Shown: positions 1 through 13,370 of the stretch, piece by piece | Position numbering within the stretch: the stretch's first letter is position 1 | Layout of the letters: each line of letters starts with the position of its first letter | Assembly: GCA_963693365.1 (NCBI GenBank) | Contig: CAVNZM010000018.1 | Location: forward strand, 987,861-1,051,860 | From: Amoebidium appalachense | Lineage: Eukaryota; Protista; Ichthyosporea | DNA: 64,000 bases | Direction: 5' to 3' | Notes under the pieces: generated by a model | What the model was told of the DNA's origin: nothing | Seen by the model: only the letters and a program-made list of their open reading frames with translations | Databases searched by the model: none | Made by a program: the position numbers and the translations under genes

Positions 1-446
1 AAGTCAACCTGCGCGTCAAAGAACGTCTGGCCCCTTCCTACCTCAAGAGCACCTTGGCTGACCAGGCCTCGGTCACTGCGGCTGTCCACGCGGCGGATTG
101 GGTCAGCTACCGCAACAAACGGAAGGCTCTGACGCTTGCCCGTATGCTGGATCTGCTGCTGGCCGCCGACCCTAAGGCCCGCAAGGAGTCACCTGCTGTG
201 GAAGTTGGTGTGCGCCGTCTGCTGGCTGTGCAGACTGCTGATCAGTCCAACGGGGACTGGGCTGTTGCATAGCAGTTTGAGGAGCTCCCTGCGCGCAGCC
301 TGCCCCTGCCCCCTGCCTTGGCCACCCGGGCTGTTCGTCAAGCCAAGACCCTCGCCGAAGTCACCCGGGCTCGGCGCGGACCCGGCAGTGGCCCATCCGG
401 AGCCGGTCCATCGACCCCTCCGGGGACCGGTGGGCAGAGGGCCTAA
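1..446 (+). pseudogene. gag-like ORF1, 3' part, with premature stop
   Basis: Homologous to the 3' part of 9283-10347; TAG at 270-272 where copy 2 has GAG. Confidence 0.75.
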
Positions 447-555
447 ACGGCCCTTTGGGGGTTCGGCACGTGGTTCTGTATATTATTTTCTTGTGGCTTC
501 CTGCCACGTGCCCTTGATTAAATATGCCCCCTAATTTTCTAAGGATTCCACAGCT

Positions 556-2577
556 ATGCCACGTCATGTCTTTGCCGCCTCTGATTTGTTTCCTGTTCCG
601 GCCATTCCTGTGCCGGACCGTTCTGGACAAGCCCGTCTACGGAATCAACGCCGTCGGCAACGTCTGTCTCACCGCCTGAAGGGGGTTACCTTGGCTAACC
701 GTTGTCTTGGTGCCCTCAACGAGCTGTGGGCAGGCGGCCCTTGCCCATTCCCGACCCGGTTGGTGAACAGTCACCACCATGCCCTGTGGACCTTTGTCCT
801 TAGGGCCAGCTACGATGCTATACGCGCGGGTGTCTATGACGCTCAGCCTGCGAGTAGTGTCTTGGCTGCGTTCCCCGCAGCCTACCCTGTATTGACAGGA
901 TGGCTACCTCTCACGGCGGCAAATGCCGCTCTGCCACCCCCTGGGGTTGGAGCCACAGTGGACGTGTTGCAGTTTTAGTCTCCTACACTGCAGCCGTTTT
1001 TGGCCAACTGCGACGGCGGCCTTCTCAAGCCTGTTCCGCCGACGCCTGCAGAGCTGCGCCGCATCCGACCGGCGCATCACGTTCCCAGTGGGGAATACGG
1101 TCCCCTGCTTCTTCGGCTTCAAGACTGCGGCATGATGCACTATTTCGAGGCGAAGGAAAAACCACTGGCCATCAATGGGCTGTTTGGGGTCCCCAAAGAC
1201 ACCAGAGCCCGCGTCATTTTTGACGGCCGCCGTGGCAACCTGTTCTTTGCCCGTGATCATCCTGCCCTCCAGGTGCACCTGCCCAACCCTGCCGATTTTG
1301 CCGATCTGTTGCTGGGGCCTGAGGATTGCCTCTATTTTGGCAAGTCGGACATGGACAACCAGTTCCATCGTCTTCTTGCCCCGGAGTGGCTGTGGCGGTA
1401 CTTCGGATTGCCGCCTGTGTCTTCGGAGGCTGTTGGCATTTCTGGGCCCGACCGGCTTGTGTACCCGGCCATCAAGACCGTGCCCATGGGCTGGGTGCAT
1501 TCTGTGCTTGTGGCTCAAGACGTCCATGGGCAGTTGGCTGACCGAGCCGGCATGCCCCGCATTGAGCGCCTCTGTGCGATAGTGCCGCGGCCTGTGGAGG
1601 CCACGCAGCATGCCCTGTATGTGGACGACTGTGGCTGGGTCGGCACAGATGCCACCGCCATCAATCGTCAGCGTGCATTGTATCATGGCGTCACCGGCCC
1701 AGCTGGTCTTCCCTCCAATGTCAAGAAGGATGTGGCTGCTGGTTCGTCGTCCTCTATGGTGCTGCTAGGCCTGGAAATGCATCGCTCTGGGATATTGCGC
1801 CCGTCTGGCGCTTCCTTGTGCCGTCTGGTGGCGGAAACCCAGGCCGTGTTGCGTCGTGGTGTCGTCACGCAGCTCCGTTTGCAGCAGTTGCTTGGTGGTT
1901 GGGTGTGGGCGGCACTGCTGCAGCGGCCGCTTTTGTCGGTTCTGAGTGCCGTCTACAGTTTTGTGGAGCAGCTGGGGGGTCGGGAACAGCCCCTTTCCCC
2001 GCCCGTGGTGTGGGAGCTTCAGGCAATGTGTGCTTTGGCCCCTTTGATGCGTTGTGATTTGCGTTCTGGGTTTGCTAGCACCATGTTCTGCACTGATGCT
2101 TCCTTGTTGGGTGGTGCAGTGGTGTCCCGGGTGCTTCCAGCAACGCTTTTCCGCAAAGTGCTGCCTCACTGCAACCGGCGTGGCCACTACAGCCAGCTGT
2201 CAGGTCCTGTGCACGAGCCAAGCCCGTCCGCCCCCCCGGCACCTATCCTGGCAGCTGTTGGTGGCCGGTGGACCACCAACATCAGTCATCGTTGACGCCA
2301 CTCCGACCACATCAACATTCTGGAGGGAGAAGCCTTGCTCCTGGGGCTTCGTCGATTAGGTCGGTCTACGGCTGCGCGGGGCTCCCGCTACCTTTGGGGC
2401 CTTGATTCGACGGCGCTGCTTGGGGCTGTTGCTAAGGGTCGTTCAGCATCCCGACGCCTGAACCGTGTATGCCGCCAGGTGGCTGCCTACACGCTTGCCC
2501 TCGACATTCGTTTGTATTGTGTGTGGCTGCCGTCAGCCCACAATCCTGCAGATGGTCCCTCGCGGTTTTCTGGCTGA
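556..2577 (+). pseudogene. RT/RNase H (pol) with in-frame stops
   Basis: Motifs KSDMDNQF, PMGW, YVDD, TDAS, HINILE and NPAD; TAG at 976-978 and TGA at 2293-2295 relative to intact copy 2. Confidence 0.9.
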
Positions 2578-3472
2578 CCAGGCCATAAAGCCCCCAACCC
2601 TCAAGGCCTACCGGGATGCTGTTGTTGAGTTCCTGGATTGGTTGCCCCCTGGTACCGACACCAAGTCCCCCGCCGAACTGGACGACCTCCTGGTGGAGTA
2701 TTTTGAGGAGTGTTATGCCATTGATCCATCGCGTGGCCAGCGTCAGCGCTGTGTCAACACAGCTGCCGGCATCAAGCATTTCATGCCACGCTTGGGTCCA
2801 CACCTGCAGGCCGCCCAACGGAGCCTGCAGGGCTGGAACCGGCTTGTTCCAGCAAAGACCACGCCCCCGCTTCCGTTTTCATTGGTCCTCGTCATTGGCC
2901 ATCATTTGTATTCCAAAATTGGCCCCTTGTTTGGTATTGCTGTTTTGCTTGGATTTGAGTGTTATTTTCGTGCCAGTGAGCTGCTTATGCTCACTCGTGC
3001 GGATCTTATTTTGCCCGACGACCCCGTACCCCACGACATGCCACCGGGTACAGGCGGCATCCGCCTGGCCGACACCAAGACCGGTCCAAATCAGTTTGTC
3101 CCCATCACCGACCCTTCCCTGTTGGCCATCCTGTCTTTCTGGTTCCGTGGCGCCCCCCCTTCTGCGCGGCTGTTTCCTTTCTCGTATGATGTTCTGCGTG
3201 CCAAGTTCCAAGCGGCATGTGACTCCCTCGGCCTCAACGAGTATGGGTTCCATCTTCACAGTCTTCGCCATGGCGGTGCCTCGAGAGACTACGTCAGGGG
3301 TGTTTCAGTAGAGACGATTGCTCTGCGTGGTCGGTGGAGATCGCATGCCTCCCTCCGCCGGTATGTGCAGGCCGGCCAGTCTCTTGTTCGCGTGCCTGCG
3401 TCGCTCCTTGCCCGGGCTGCAGCGCTGCGTCAGTCACCCACGGCATGGTTCGTTCCTTCCCGTGCCAGGTAG
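2552..3472 (+). CDS. Tyrosine recombinase, intact
   Basis: R (FRASE), K (TKTG), HxxR (HSLRHGG), W (GRW) and Y (RRY) catalytic set; overlaps the pol 3' end. Confidence 0.92.
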   Translation: MVPRGFLADQAIKPPTLKAYRDAVVEFLDWLPPGTDTKSPAELDDLLVEYFEECYAIDPSRGQRQRCVNTAAGIKHFMPRLGPHLQAAQRSLQGWNRLVPAKTTPPLPFSLVLVIGHHLYSKIGPLFGIAVLLGFECYFRASELLMLTRADLILPDDPVPHDMPPGTGGIRLADTKTGPNQFVPITDPSLLAILSFWFRGAPPSARLFPFSYDVLRAKFQAACDSLGLNEYGFHLHSLRHGGASRDYVRGVSVETIALRGRWRSHASLRRYVQAGQSLVRVPASLLARAAALRQSPTAWFVPSRAR

Positions 3473-3478
3473 GGAGAG

Positions 3479-3574
3479 GTGGAGCACACCTGTGCCTGCT
3501 TGTGAGATTGATCCACAGGCACCGGCTCATGTACCCCCTTGCTGGGGCTGGTAAAGACGACATTGGCATAAGAA
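3479..3574 (+). repeat. Split direct repeat B (96 bp)
   Basis: GTGGAGCACAC...TTGGCATAAGAA; recurs at 4170, ~8293, 13377, ~16946, ~20515, ~24085, ~24775 and ~25192, with divergent copies at 27088 and 27808. Confidence 0.92.
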
Positions 3575-4073
3575 TATTTAGTTTGTAAACGTGTTTTCTT
3601 TGCAGGAGAATTAGATAGCCCCGTTGGAGTGAAATTGTGTGTTGCGAGTGTGCTGTAAAATTTGTAGTAGTAGCATGGTGTAGGCCTTGGTGTGTTTGAT
3701 GTGTGTGCAAAGTTTCAGGCTGCTAGCATTTTTATTTAGGGAGCTGTAGCTGTTTTTATGTTCTGTGGGATATGCCATATGGATATATTGATGAGTTTGA
3801 GTTATATCTAGTCCGAAATGGGCGGCAATCGATTTGGTCTTTATGATCTAAGGGTTTTAGCCACTTGTGAAAATTTTTCATTGGTTGATGTGCAGCAAAA
3901 ATTCCATTTTGGTAGATTTCATGGATTTGATAGGTTCTAAGTCATTTCTTCATATTTCCATAGGCAAAAATGTGGGCCGCGCTATATAATGAGCTTGCGC
4001 AGCCCCAGGGAGGTCAGTTGCGGCGCTACTGAGCGCGTTTAGGTCTCTTTAGGCCCAATTTTTTAGCTAAGTT
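3575..4073 (+). repeat. Split direct repeat A (~500 bp)
   Basis: Near-identical to 8553-9050, 13473-13970 and the copies starting at 17042, 20611 and 24181. Confidence 0.92.
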
Positions 4074-4779
4074 TTTGCCCACCCACCACACCCTTTGCCT
4101 ATTTAGGCACTAGGCTACGTTTTTTGAGCATTTTTCTGTATGACATTTATCATTCTTTTCATTGCTCCTGTGGAGCACACCTGTGCCTGCTTGTGAGATT
4201 GATCCACAGGCACCGGCTCATGTACCCCCTTGCTGGGGCTGGTAAAGACAACGTTGGCATAAGAAGACGACGTTGGCATAAGAATGGGGGTTTGAGGCCC
4301 TGTTGGCACAGCAAGAGGTGAATGAGTGAGGTACCCCTGGTAGATAAGCAATCAAAAAAATGAGAGAGTGAGAGGGCCACAGACAGAGACAGATAGAGAG
4401 ACAGACAGAGAGAGAGAATGAGAGAGAGAGAGATTGAGGTGAGAGCAGAAATGCATGTCACTGTTATAAACAATATACTGCAAACATATGCACCGAATAT
4501 CATCAATACATGTTTTGTGTATTGTCCATGTTGGCCATAGCACAGTTATAGTAACATAACAACGAAGACACAGTCCGAGTCATGGCTGTATGGTAAATAT
4601 ACACGGTATACCATGAGGTTACTGGATATGTATTTACATACTAAGTATCTCAAGTCGTCCCGTTTATTCTTCCCGGCTTTCTCTGACTGCTCTTCTTTCA
4701 TCCTATTTGTCGATTCCCGCAGATATACCCTTCGCAGATATACCTTTTTTCTTCACTTAATATCTCTGTTCACAGTTTG

Positions 4780-7830
<3,051 letters not shown>

Positions 7831-7834
<4 letters not shown>

Positions 7835-8552
7835 GTTTCAGGCTGCTAGCATTTTTATTTAGGGAGCTGTAGCTGTTTTTATGTTCTGTGGGATATGCCA
7901 TATGGATATATTGATGAGTTTGAGTTATATCTAGTCCGAAATGGGCGGCAATTGATTTGGTCTTTGTGATCTAGGGGTTTTAGCCACTTGTGAAAAAAAA
8001 TTATTGGTTGATGTGCAGCAAAAATTCCATTTTGGTATATTTCATGGATTTGATAGGTTTTAAGTCATTTCTTCATATTTCCAGTGGCAAAAATGTGGGC
8101 CGCGCTCTATAATGAGCTTGCGCGGCCCCAGGGAGGTCAGTTGCGGCACTACTGAGCGCGTTTAGGTCTCTTTAGGCCCCATTTTTTAGCTAAGTTTTTG
8201 CCCACCCACCACACCCTTTGCCTATTTAGGCACTAGGCTGCGATTTTTGAGCATGTTTCTGTATGACATTTGTCATTCTTTTCATTGCTCCTGTGGAGCA
8301 CACCTGTGCCTGCTTGTGAGATTGATCCACAGGCACCGGCTCATGTATCCCCTTGCTGGGGCTGGTAAAGACGACGTTGGCAAAAGAACTAGTAGTTTTA
8401 GCCACTTGTGAAAAACTTTTATTGGTTGATGTGCAGAAAAAATTCCATTTTGGTAGATTTCATGGATTTGATAGGTTCTAAGTCATTTCTTCATATTTCC
8501 ATAGGCAAAAATGTGGGCCGCGCTATATAATGAGCTTGCCGGGCCCAAGGGA
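7831..8552 (+). mobile_element. Terminal fragments of the YR element: partial A-spacer-B2 (7831-8388) and partial A (8389-8552)
   Basis: Sequence identity to the A, spacer and B repeats; no ORFs. Confidence 0.85.
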
Positions 8553-8951
8553 TATTAAGTTTGTAAACATGTTTTCTTTGCAGGAGAATTAGATAGCCCC
8601 GTTGGAGTGAAATTGTGTGTTGCGAGTGTGCTGTAAACTTCGTGGTAGTATAATGTTGTAGGCCATGGTGTGTTTGATGTGTGTGCAAAGTTTCAAGCTG
8701 CTAGCATTTGTATTTAGGGAGCTGTAGCTGTTTTTATGTTCTTTGGGATATGCCATATGGATATATTGATGAGTTTGAGTTATATCTAGTCCGAAATGGG
8801 CGGCAATCGATTTGGTCTTTGTGATCTAGGGGTTTTAGCCACTTGTGAAAATTTTTCATTGGTTGATGTGCAGCAAAAATTCCATTTTGGTAGATTTCAT
8901 GGATTTGATAGGTTCTAAGCCATTTCTTCATATTTCCATAGGCAAAAATGT

Positions 8952-8997
8952 GGGCCGCGCTATATAATGAGCTTGCGCGGCCCCAGGGAGGTCAGTT
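8952..8997 (+). promoter_or_regulatory. Putative Pol II promoter in repeat A (TATA box plus Inr-like motif)
   Basis: TATATAA at 8961-8967, TCAGTT 31 nt downstream at 8992, and an ATTGG upstream; lies ~300 nt before the gag ATG. Confidence 0.55.
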
Positions 8998-9282
8998 GCG
9001 GCGCTACTGAGCGCGTTTAGGTCTCTTTAGGCCCAATTTTTAGCTAAGTTCTTTGCAACTCTAGTCCCCGTTTTTCGCGCTGTTGTTCGTTTTTTCTCTA
9101 GTTTTTTTTGCCCAGGAGCGCGCGCTTAGCTTCGGCAGCATCTGGTAAGAGTTTTGCGTGCGCGCCGTTGCGTTTTAGCTGGTTTTTGGACGTTTTTTGC
9201 GGTGTCGGTTTTCCCACGTTTTTGCATTTTCCAGTCTTCGTTTTCAAGTTTTCGTGCTCTAGTCTGGTTTGTGAGCATTGCA

Positions 9283-10347
9283 ATGGCCCCTCCTCCTGCT
9301 CTGGTCGCCAAGGGGGCCGCTCTCCTCGAAAAACTTTTGGAGATCTCTACCGATGCGGACGACGCAAGTCTCAAAAGTCTGGCCGTTTTGCAGTCCAACG
9401 CCCCTTGGAACAGCCTGCCGGCAGAAACCGTCAACAGTGTAGTTTCAGCCCTCAAAGCGCGCTCGGTGGCTTTTGATGACCCTGAGATGGTCGGTTGGAA
9501 AGTCACCGACCAGCTGCACTTGCTCTGTCGCACTCCTCGCAGCGGCCGTGCCTCCCCCCCACCTGGGTCGCCCTCTCCCCAGCGGCGTTCTGACGGTGTA
9601 GACATCCAAGAGTAGCTGCAGGCGCTTTCTGTCCAAGTGCAAGCCCTTTCTGTTGCCCAGTCTGGGCGCCCCAAGAAGCCCTCTGCCGGCGGCCTGCTGA
9701 GCACGCTGTCTGCGCGGGCAAAGGGCAAGGAGCCTGTCTATGCGTACAACACCGGCAGTGAAGACACCCCATTGTCGAGTGAGGATTCTTCTTCCAGCAG
9801 CAGTGGCTACGGTCGTTCCTCTCGCAGCCGTCGTTCCTCTGGCCGTTCCAATGCCAACCCCAGCCGTTATCTGCTCTCCAGCGGCGCCAAAGTCAACCTG
9901 CGCGTCAAAGAACGTCTGGCCCCTACCTACCTCAAGAGCACCTTGGCTGACCAGGCCTCGGTCACTGCGGCTGTCCACGCGGGGGATTGGATCAGCTACC
10001 GCAACAAACGGGAGGCTCTGACGTTGGCCCGTATGCTGGATCTGCTGCTGGCCGCCGATCCTAAGGCCCGCAAGGAGTCGCCTGCTGTGGAAGTTGGTGT
10101 GCGCCGTCTGCTGGCTGTGCAGACTGCTGATCGGTCCAACGGGGACTGGGCTGTTGCAGAGCAGTTTGAGGAGCTCCCTGCGCGCAGCCTGCCCCTGCCC
10201 CCTGCCTTGGCCACCCGGGCTGTTCGTCAAGCCAAGACCCTCGCCGAAGTCACCCGGGCTCGGCGCGGTCCGGGCAGTGGCCCATCCGGAGCCGGTCCAT
10301 CGACCCCTCCGGGGACCGGTGGGCACAGGGCCTGTTCGGCCCTTTGA
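9283..10347 (+). pseudogene. gag-like ORF1 with one in-frame TAG (9613-9615)
   Basis: Two same-frame ORFs in the first-ORF position; Ser-rich linker and helical C-terminal domain; no CCHC knuckle seen. Confidence 0.75.
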
Positions 10348-10445
10348 GGGTTCGGCACGCGGTTCTGTATATTATTTTCTTGTGGTTTCCTGCCATGTGC
10401 CCTTGATTAAATATGCCCCCTAATTTATATAAGGATTCCACAGCT

Positions 10446-12467
10446 ATGCCACGTCATGTCTTGGCCGCCTCTGATTTGTTTCCTATTCCGGCGATTCCTG
10501 TGCCGGACCGTTCTGGACAAGCCCGTCTACGGAGTCAACGCCGTCGGCAACGTCTGTCTCACCGCCTGAAGGGGGTTACCTTGGCTAACCGTTGTCTTGG
10601 TGCCCTCAACGAGCTGTGGGCAGGCGGCCCTTGCCCATTCCCGACCCGGTTGGTGAACAGTCACCACCATGCCCTGTGGACCTTTGTCCTTCGGGCCAGC
10701 TACGATGCTATACGCGCGGGTGTCTACAACGCTCAGCCTGCGAGTAGTGTCTTGGCTGCGTTCCCCGCGGCCTACCCTGTATTGACAGGGTGGCTACCTC
10801 TCACGACGACAAATGCCGCTTTGCCACCCCCTGGGGTTGGAGCCACAGTGGACGTGTTGCAGTTTTTGTCTCCTACACTGCAGCCGTTTTTGGCCAACTG
10901 CGACGGCGGCCTTCTCAAGCCTGTTCCACCGACGCCTGCAGAGCTGCGCCGCATCCGCCCGGCGCATCACGTTCCCAGTGGGGAATACGGTCCCCTGCTT
11001 CTTCGGCTTCAAGACTGCGGCATGGTGCACTATTTCGAGGCGGAGGAAAAACCACTGGCCATCAATGGGCTGTTTGGGGTCCCCAAAGACACCAGAGCCC
11101 GCGTCATTTTTGACGGCCGCCGTGGCAACCTGTTCTTTGCCCGTGATCATCCTGCCCTCAAGGTGCACCTGCCCAACCCTGCCGATTTTGCCGATCTGTT
11201 GCTGGGACCTGAGGATTGCCTCTATTTTGGCAAGTCGGACATGGACAACCAGTTCCATCGTCTTCTTTTCCCCGAGTGGCTGTGGCGGTACTTCGGATTG
11301 CCGCCTGTGTCTTCGGAGGCTGTTGGCCTTTCTGGGCCTGACCGGCTTGTGTACCCGGCCCTCAAGACCGTGCCCATGGGCTGGGTGCATTCTGTGCTTG
11401 TCGCTCAAGACGTCCATGGGCAGTTGGCTGACCGAGCTGGCATGCCCCGCATTGAGCGCCTCTGTGCGATAGTGCCGCGGCCTGTGGAGGCCACGCAGCA
11501 TGCCCTGTATGTGGACGACTGTGGCTGGGTCGGCACAGATGCCACCGCCATCAATCATCAGCGTGAATCGTATCATGGCGTCACCGGCCCGGCTGGTCTT
11601 CCCTCCAATGTCAAGAAGGATGTGGCTGTTGGTTCGTCGTCCTCTATGGTGCTGCTAGGCCTGGAAATGCATCGCTCTGGGATATTAAGCCCGTCTGGCG
11701 CTTCCTTGTGCCGTCTGGTGGCGGAAACCCAGGCCGTGTTGCGTCGTGGTGTCGTCACGCAGCTCCGTTTGCAGCAGTTGCTTGGTGGTTGGGTGTGGGC
11801 GGCACTGCTGCAGCGGCCGCTTTTGTCGGTTCTGAGTGCCGCCTACAGTTTTGTGGAGCAGCTGGGGGGTCGGGAACAGCCCATTCCCCCGCCCGTGGTG
11901 TGGGAGCTTCAGGCGATGTGTGCTTTGGCCCCTTTGGTGCGTTGTGATTTGCGTTCTGGGTTTGCTAGCACCATGTTCTGCACTGATGCTTCCTTGTTGG
12001 GTGATGCAGTGGTGTCCCGGGTGCTTCCAGCAAAGCTTCTCCGCGAAATGCTGCCTCACTGCAACCGGCGTGGCCACTACAGCCAGCTGTCTGGTCCTGT
12101 GCACGAGCCAAGCCCGTCCGCCCCCCCGACACCTATCCTGGCAGCTGTTGGTGGCCGGTGGACCACCAACATCAGTCATCGTTGGCGCCACTCCGACCAC
12201 ATCAACATTCTGGAGGGAGAAGTCTTGCTCCTGGGGCTTCGTCGATTAGGTCGGTCTACGGCTGCCCGGGGCTCCCGCTACCTTTGGGGCCTTGATTCGA
12301 CGGCGCTGCTTGGGGCTGTTGCTAAGGGTCGTTCAGCATCCCGACGCCTGAACCGTGTATGCCGCCAGGTGGCTGCCTACACGCTTGCCCTCGACATTTT
12401 TTTGTATTGTGTGTGGCTGCCGTCAGCCCACAATCCTGCAGATGGTCCCTCGCGGTTTTCTGGCTGA
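10446..12467 (+). CDS. Reverse transcriptase/RNase H, intact ORF
   Basis: Uninterrupted ORF with RVIFD, KSDMDNQF, PMGW, YVDD, TDAS, HINILE, DS and NPAD motifs typical of DIRS-order RT/RH. Confidence 0.93.
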   Translation: MPRHVLAASDLFPIPAIPVPDRSGQARLRSQRRRQRLSHRLKGVTLANRCLGALNELWAGGPCPFPTRLVNSHHHALWTFVLRASYDAIRAGVYNAQPASSVLAAFPAAYPVLTGWLPLTTTNAALPPPGVGATVDVLQFLSPTLQPFLANCDGGLLKPVPPTPAELRRIRPAHHVPSGEYGPLLLRLQDCGMVHYFEAEEKPLAINGLFGVPKDTRARVIFDGRRGNLFFARDHPALKVHLPNPADFADLLLGPEDCLYFGKSDMDNQFHRLLFPEWLWRYFGLPPVSSEAVGLSGPDRLVYPALKTVPMGWVHSVLVAQDVHGQLADRAGMPRIERLCAIVPRPVEATQHALYVDDCGWVGTDATAINHQRESYHGVTGPAGLPSNVKKDVAVGSSSSMVLLGLEMHRSGILSPSGASLCRLVAETQAVLRRGVVTQLRLQQLLGGWVWAALLQRPLLSVLSAAYSFVEQLGGREQPIPPPVVWELQAMCALAPLVRCDLRSGFASTMFCTDASLLGDAVVSRVLPAKLLREMLPHCNRRGHYSQLSGPVHEPSPSAPPTPILAAVGGRWTTNISHRWRHSDHINILEGEVLLLGLRRLGRSTAARGSRYLWGLDSTALLGAVAKGRSASRRLNRVCRQVAAYTLALDIFLYCVWLPSAHNPADGPSRFSG

Positions 12468-13370
12468 CCAGGCCATAAAGCCCCCAACCCTCAAGGCCTA
12501 CCGGGATGCTGTTGTTGAGTTCCTGGATTGGTTGCCCCCTGGCACCGACACCAAGTCCCCCGCCGAACTGGACGACCTCCTGGTGGAGTATTTTGAGGAG
12601 TGTTATGCCATTGATCCATCGCGTGGCCAGCGTCAGCGCTGTGTCAACACAGCTGCCGGCATCAAGCATTTCATGCCACGCCTGGGTCCACACCTGCAGG
12701 CCGCCCAACGGAGCCTGCAGGGCTGGAACCGGCTTGTTCCAGCAACGACCACGCCCCCGCTTCCGTTTTCATTGGTCCTCGTCATTGGCCATCATTTGTA
12801 TTCCAAAATTGGCCCCTTGTTTGGTATTGCTGTTTTGCTTGGATTTGAGTGTTATTTTCGTGTCAGTGAGTTGCTTATGCTCACCCGTGCGGATCTTATT
12901 TTGCCCAACGACCCCGTTCCCCACGACATGCCACCGGGTACAGGCGGCATACGCCTGGCCGACACCAAGACCGGTCCAAATCAGTTTGTCCCCATCACCG
13001 ATCCGTCCCTGTTGGCCATCCTGTCTTTCTGGTTCCGTGGCCCCCCCCTTTTGCGCGGCTGTTTCCTTTCTCGTATGATGTTCTGCGTGCCAAGTTCCAA
13101 GCGGCATGTGACTCCCTCGGCCTCAACGAGTATTGGTTCCATCTTCACAGTCTTCGCCATGGTGGTGCCTCGAGAGACTATGTCAGGGTTGTTTCAGTAG
13201 AGACGATTGCTCTGCGTGGTCGATGGAGATCGCATGCCTCCCTCCGCCGGTATGTGCAGGCCGGCCAGTCTCTTGTTCTTTCTATTCGCGTGCCTGCGTC
13301 GCTCCTTGCCCGGGCTGCAGCGCTGCGTCAGTCACCCACGGCATGGTTCGTTCCTTCCCGTGCCAGGTAG
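12442..13370 (+). pseudogene. Tyrosine recombinase with a 1-bp frameshift at ~13041
   Basis: GGCCCCCCCCTT versus GGCGCCCCCCCTT in the other copies; adjacent to a homopolymer, so possibly a sequencing error. Confidence 0.8.

Larger units (their letters stand above)
1..4284 (+). mobile_element. Tyrosine-recombinase retrotransposon copy 1 (DIRS order, split direct repeats, Ngaro/PAT-like); 5' part lies outside the window
   Basis: gag 3' part, RT/RNaseH and YR, followed by B1 (3479-3574), A2 (3575-4073), ~95-bp spacer and B2 (4170-4265); the last 19 nt are duplicated at 4266-4284. Confidence 0.92.

Noticed and set aside
904-1686. 260-aa antisense ORF present in all pol copies
   Set aside because: Shadow frame of GC-rich RT; copies are near-identical, so recurrence is uninformative; no motif
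3479-3574. Repeat B as a hammerhead or other known ribozyme
   Set aside because: No CUGANGA/GAAA core on either strand and no other known ribozyme consensus recognised by eye
9613-9615. Programmed read-through or alternative genetic code for in-frame stops in gag and the F-box genes
   Set aside because: All three stop types occur, stops in the element ORFs differ between copies, and they co-occur with frameshifts, which indicates decay
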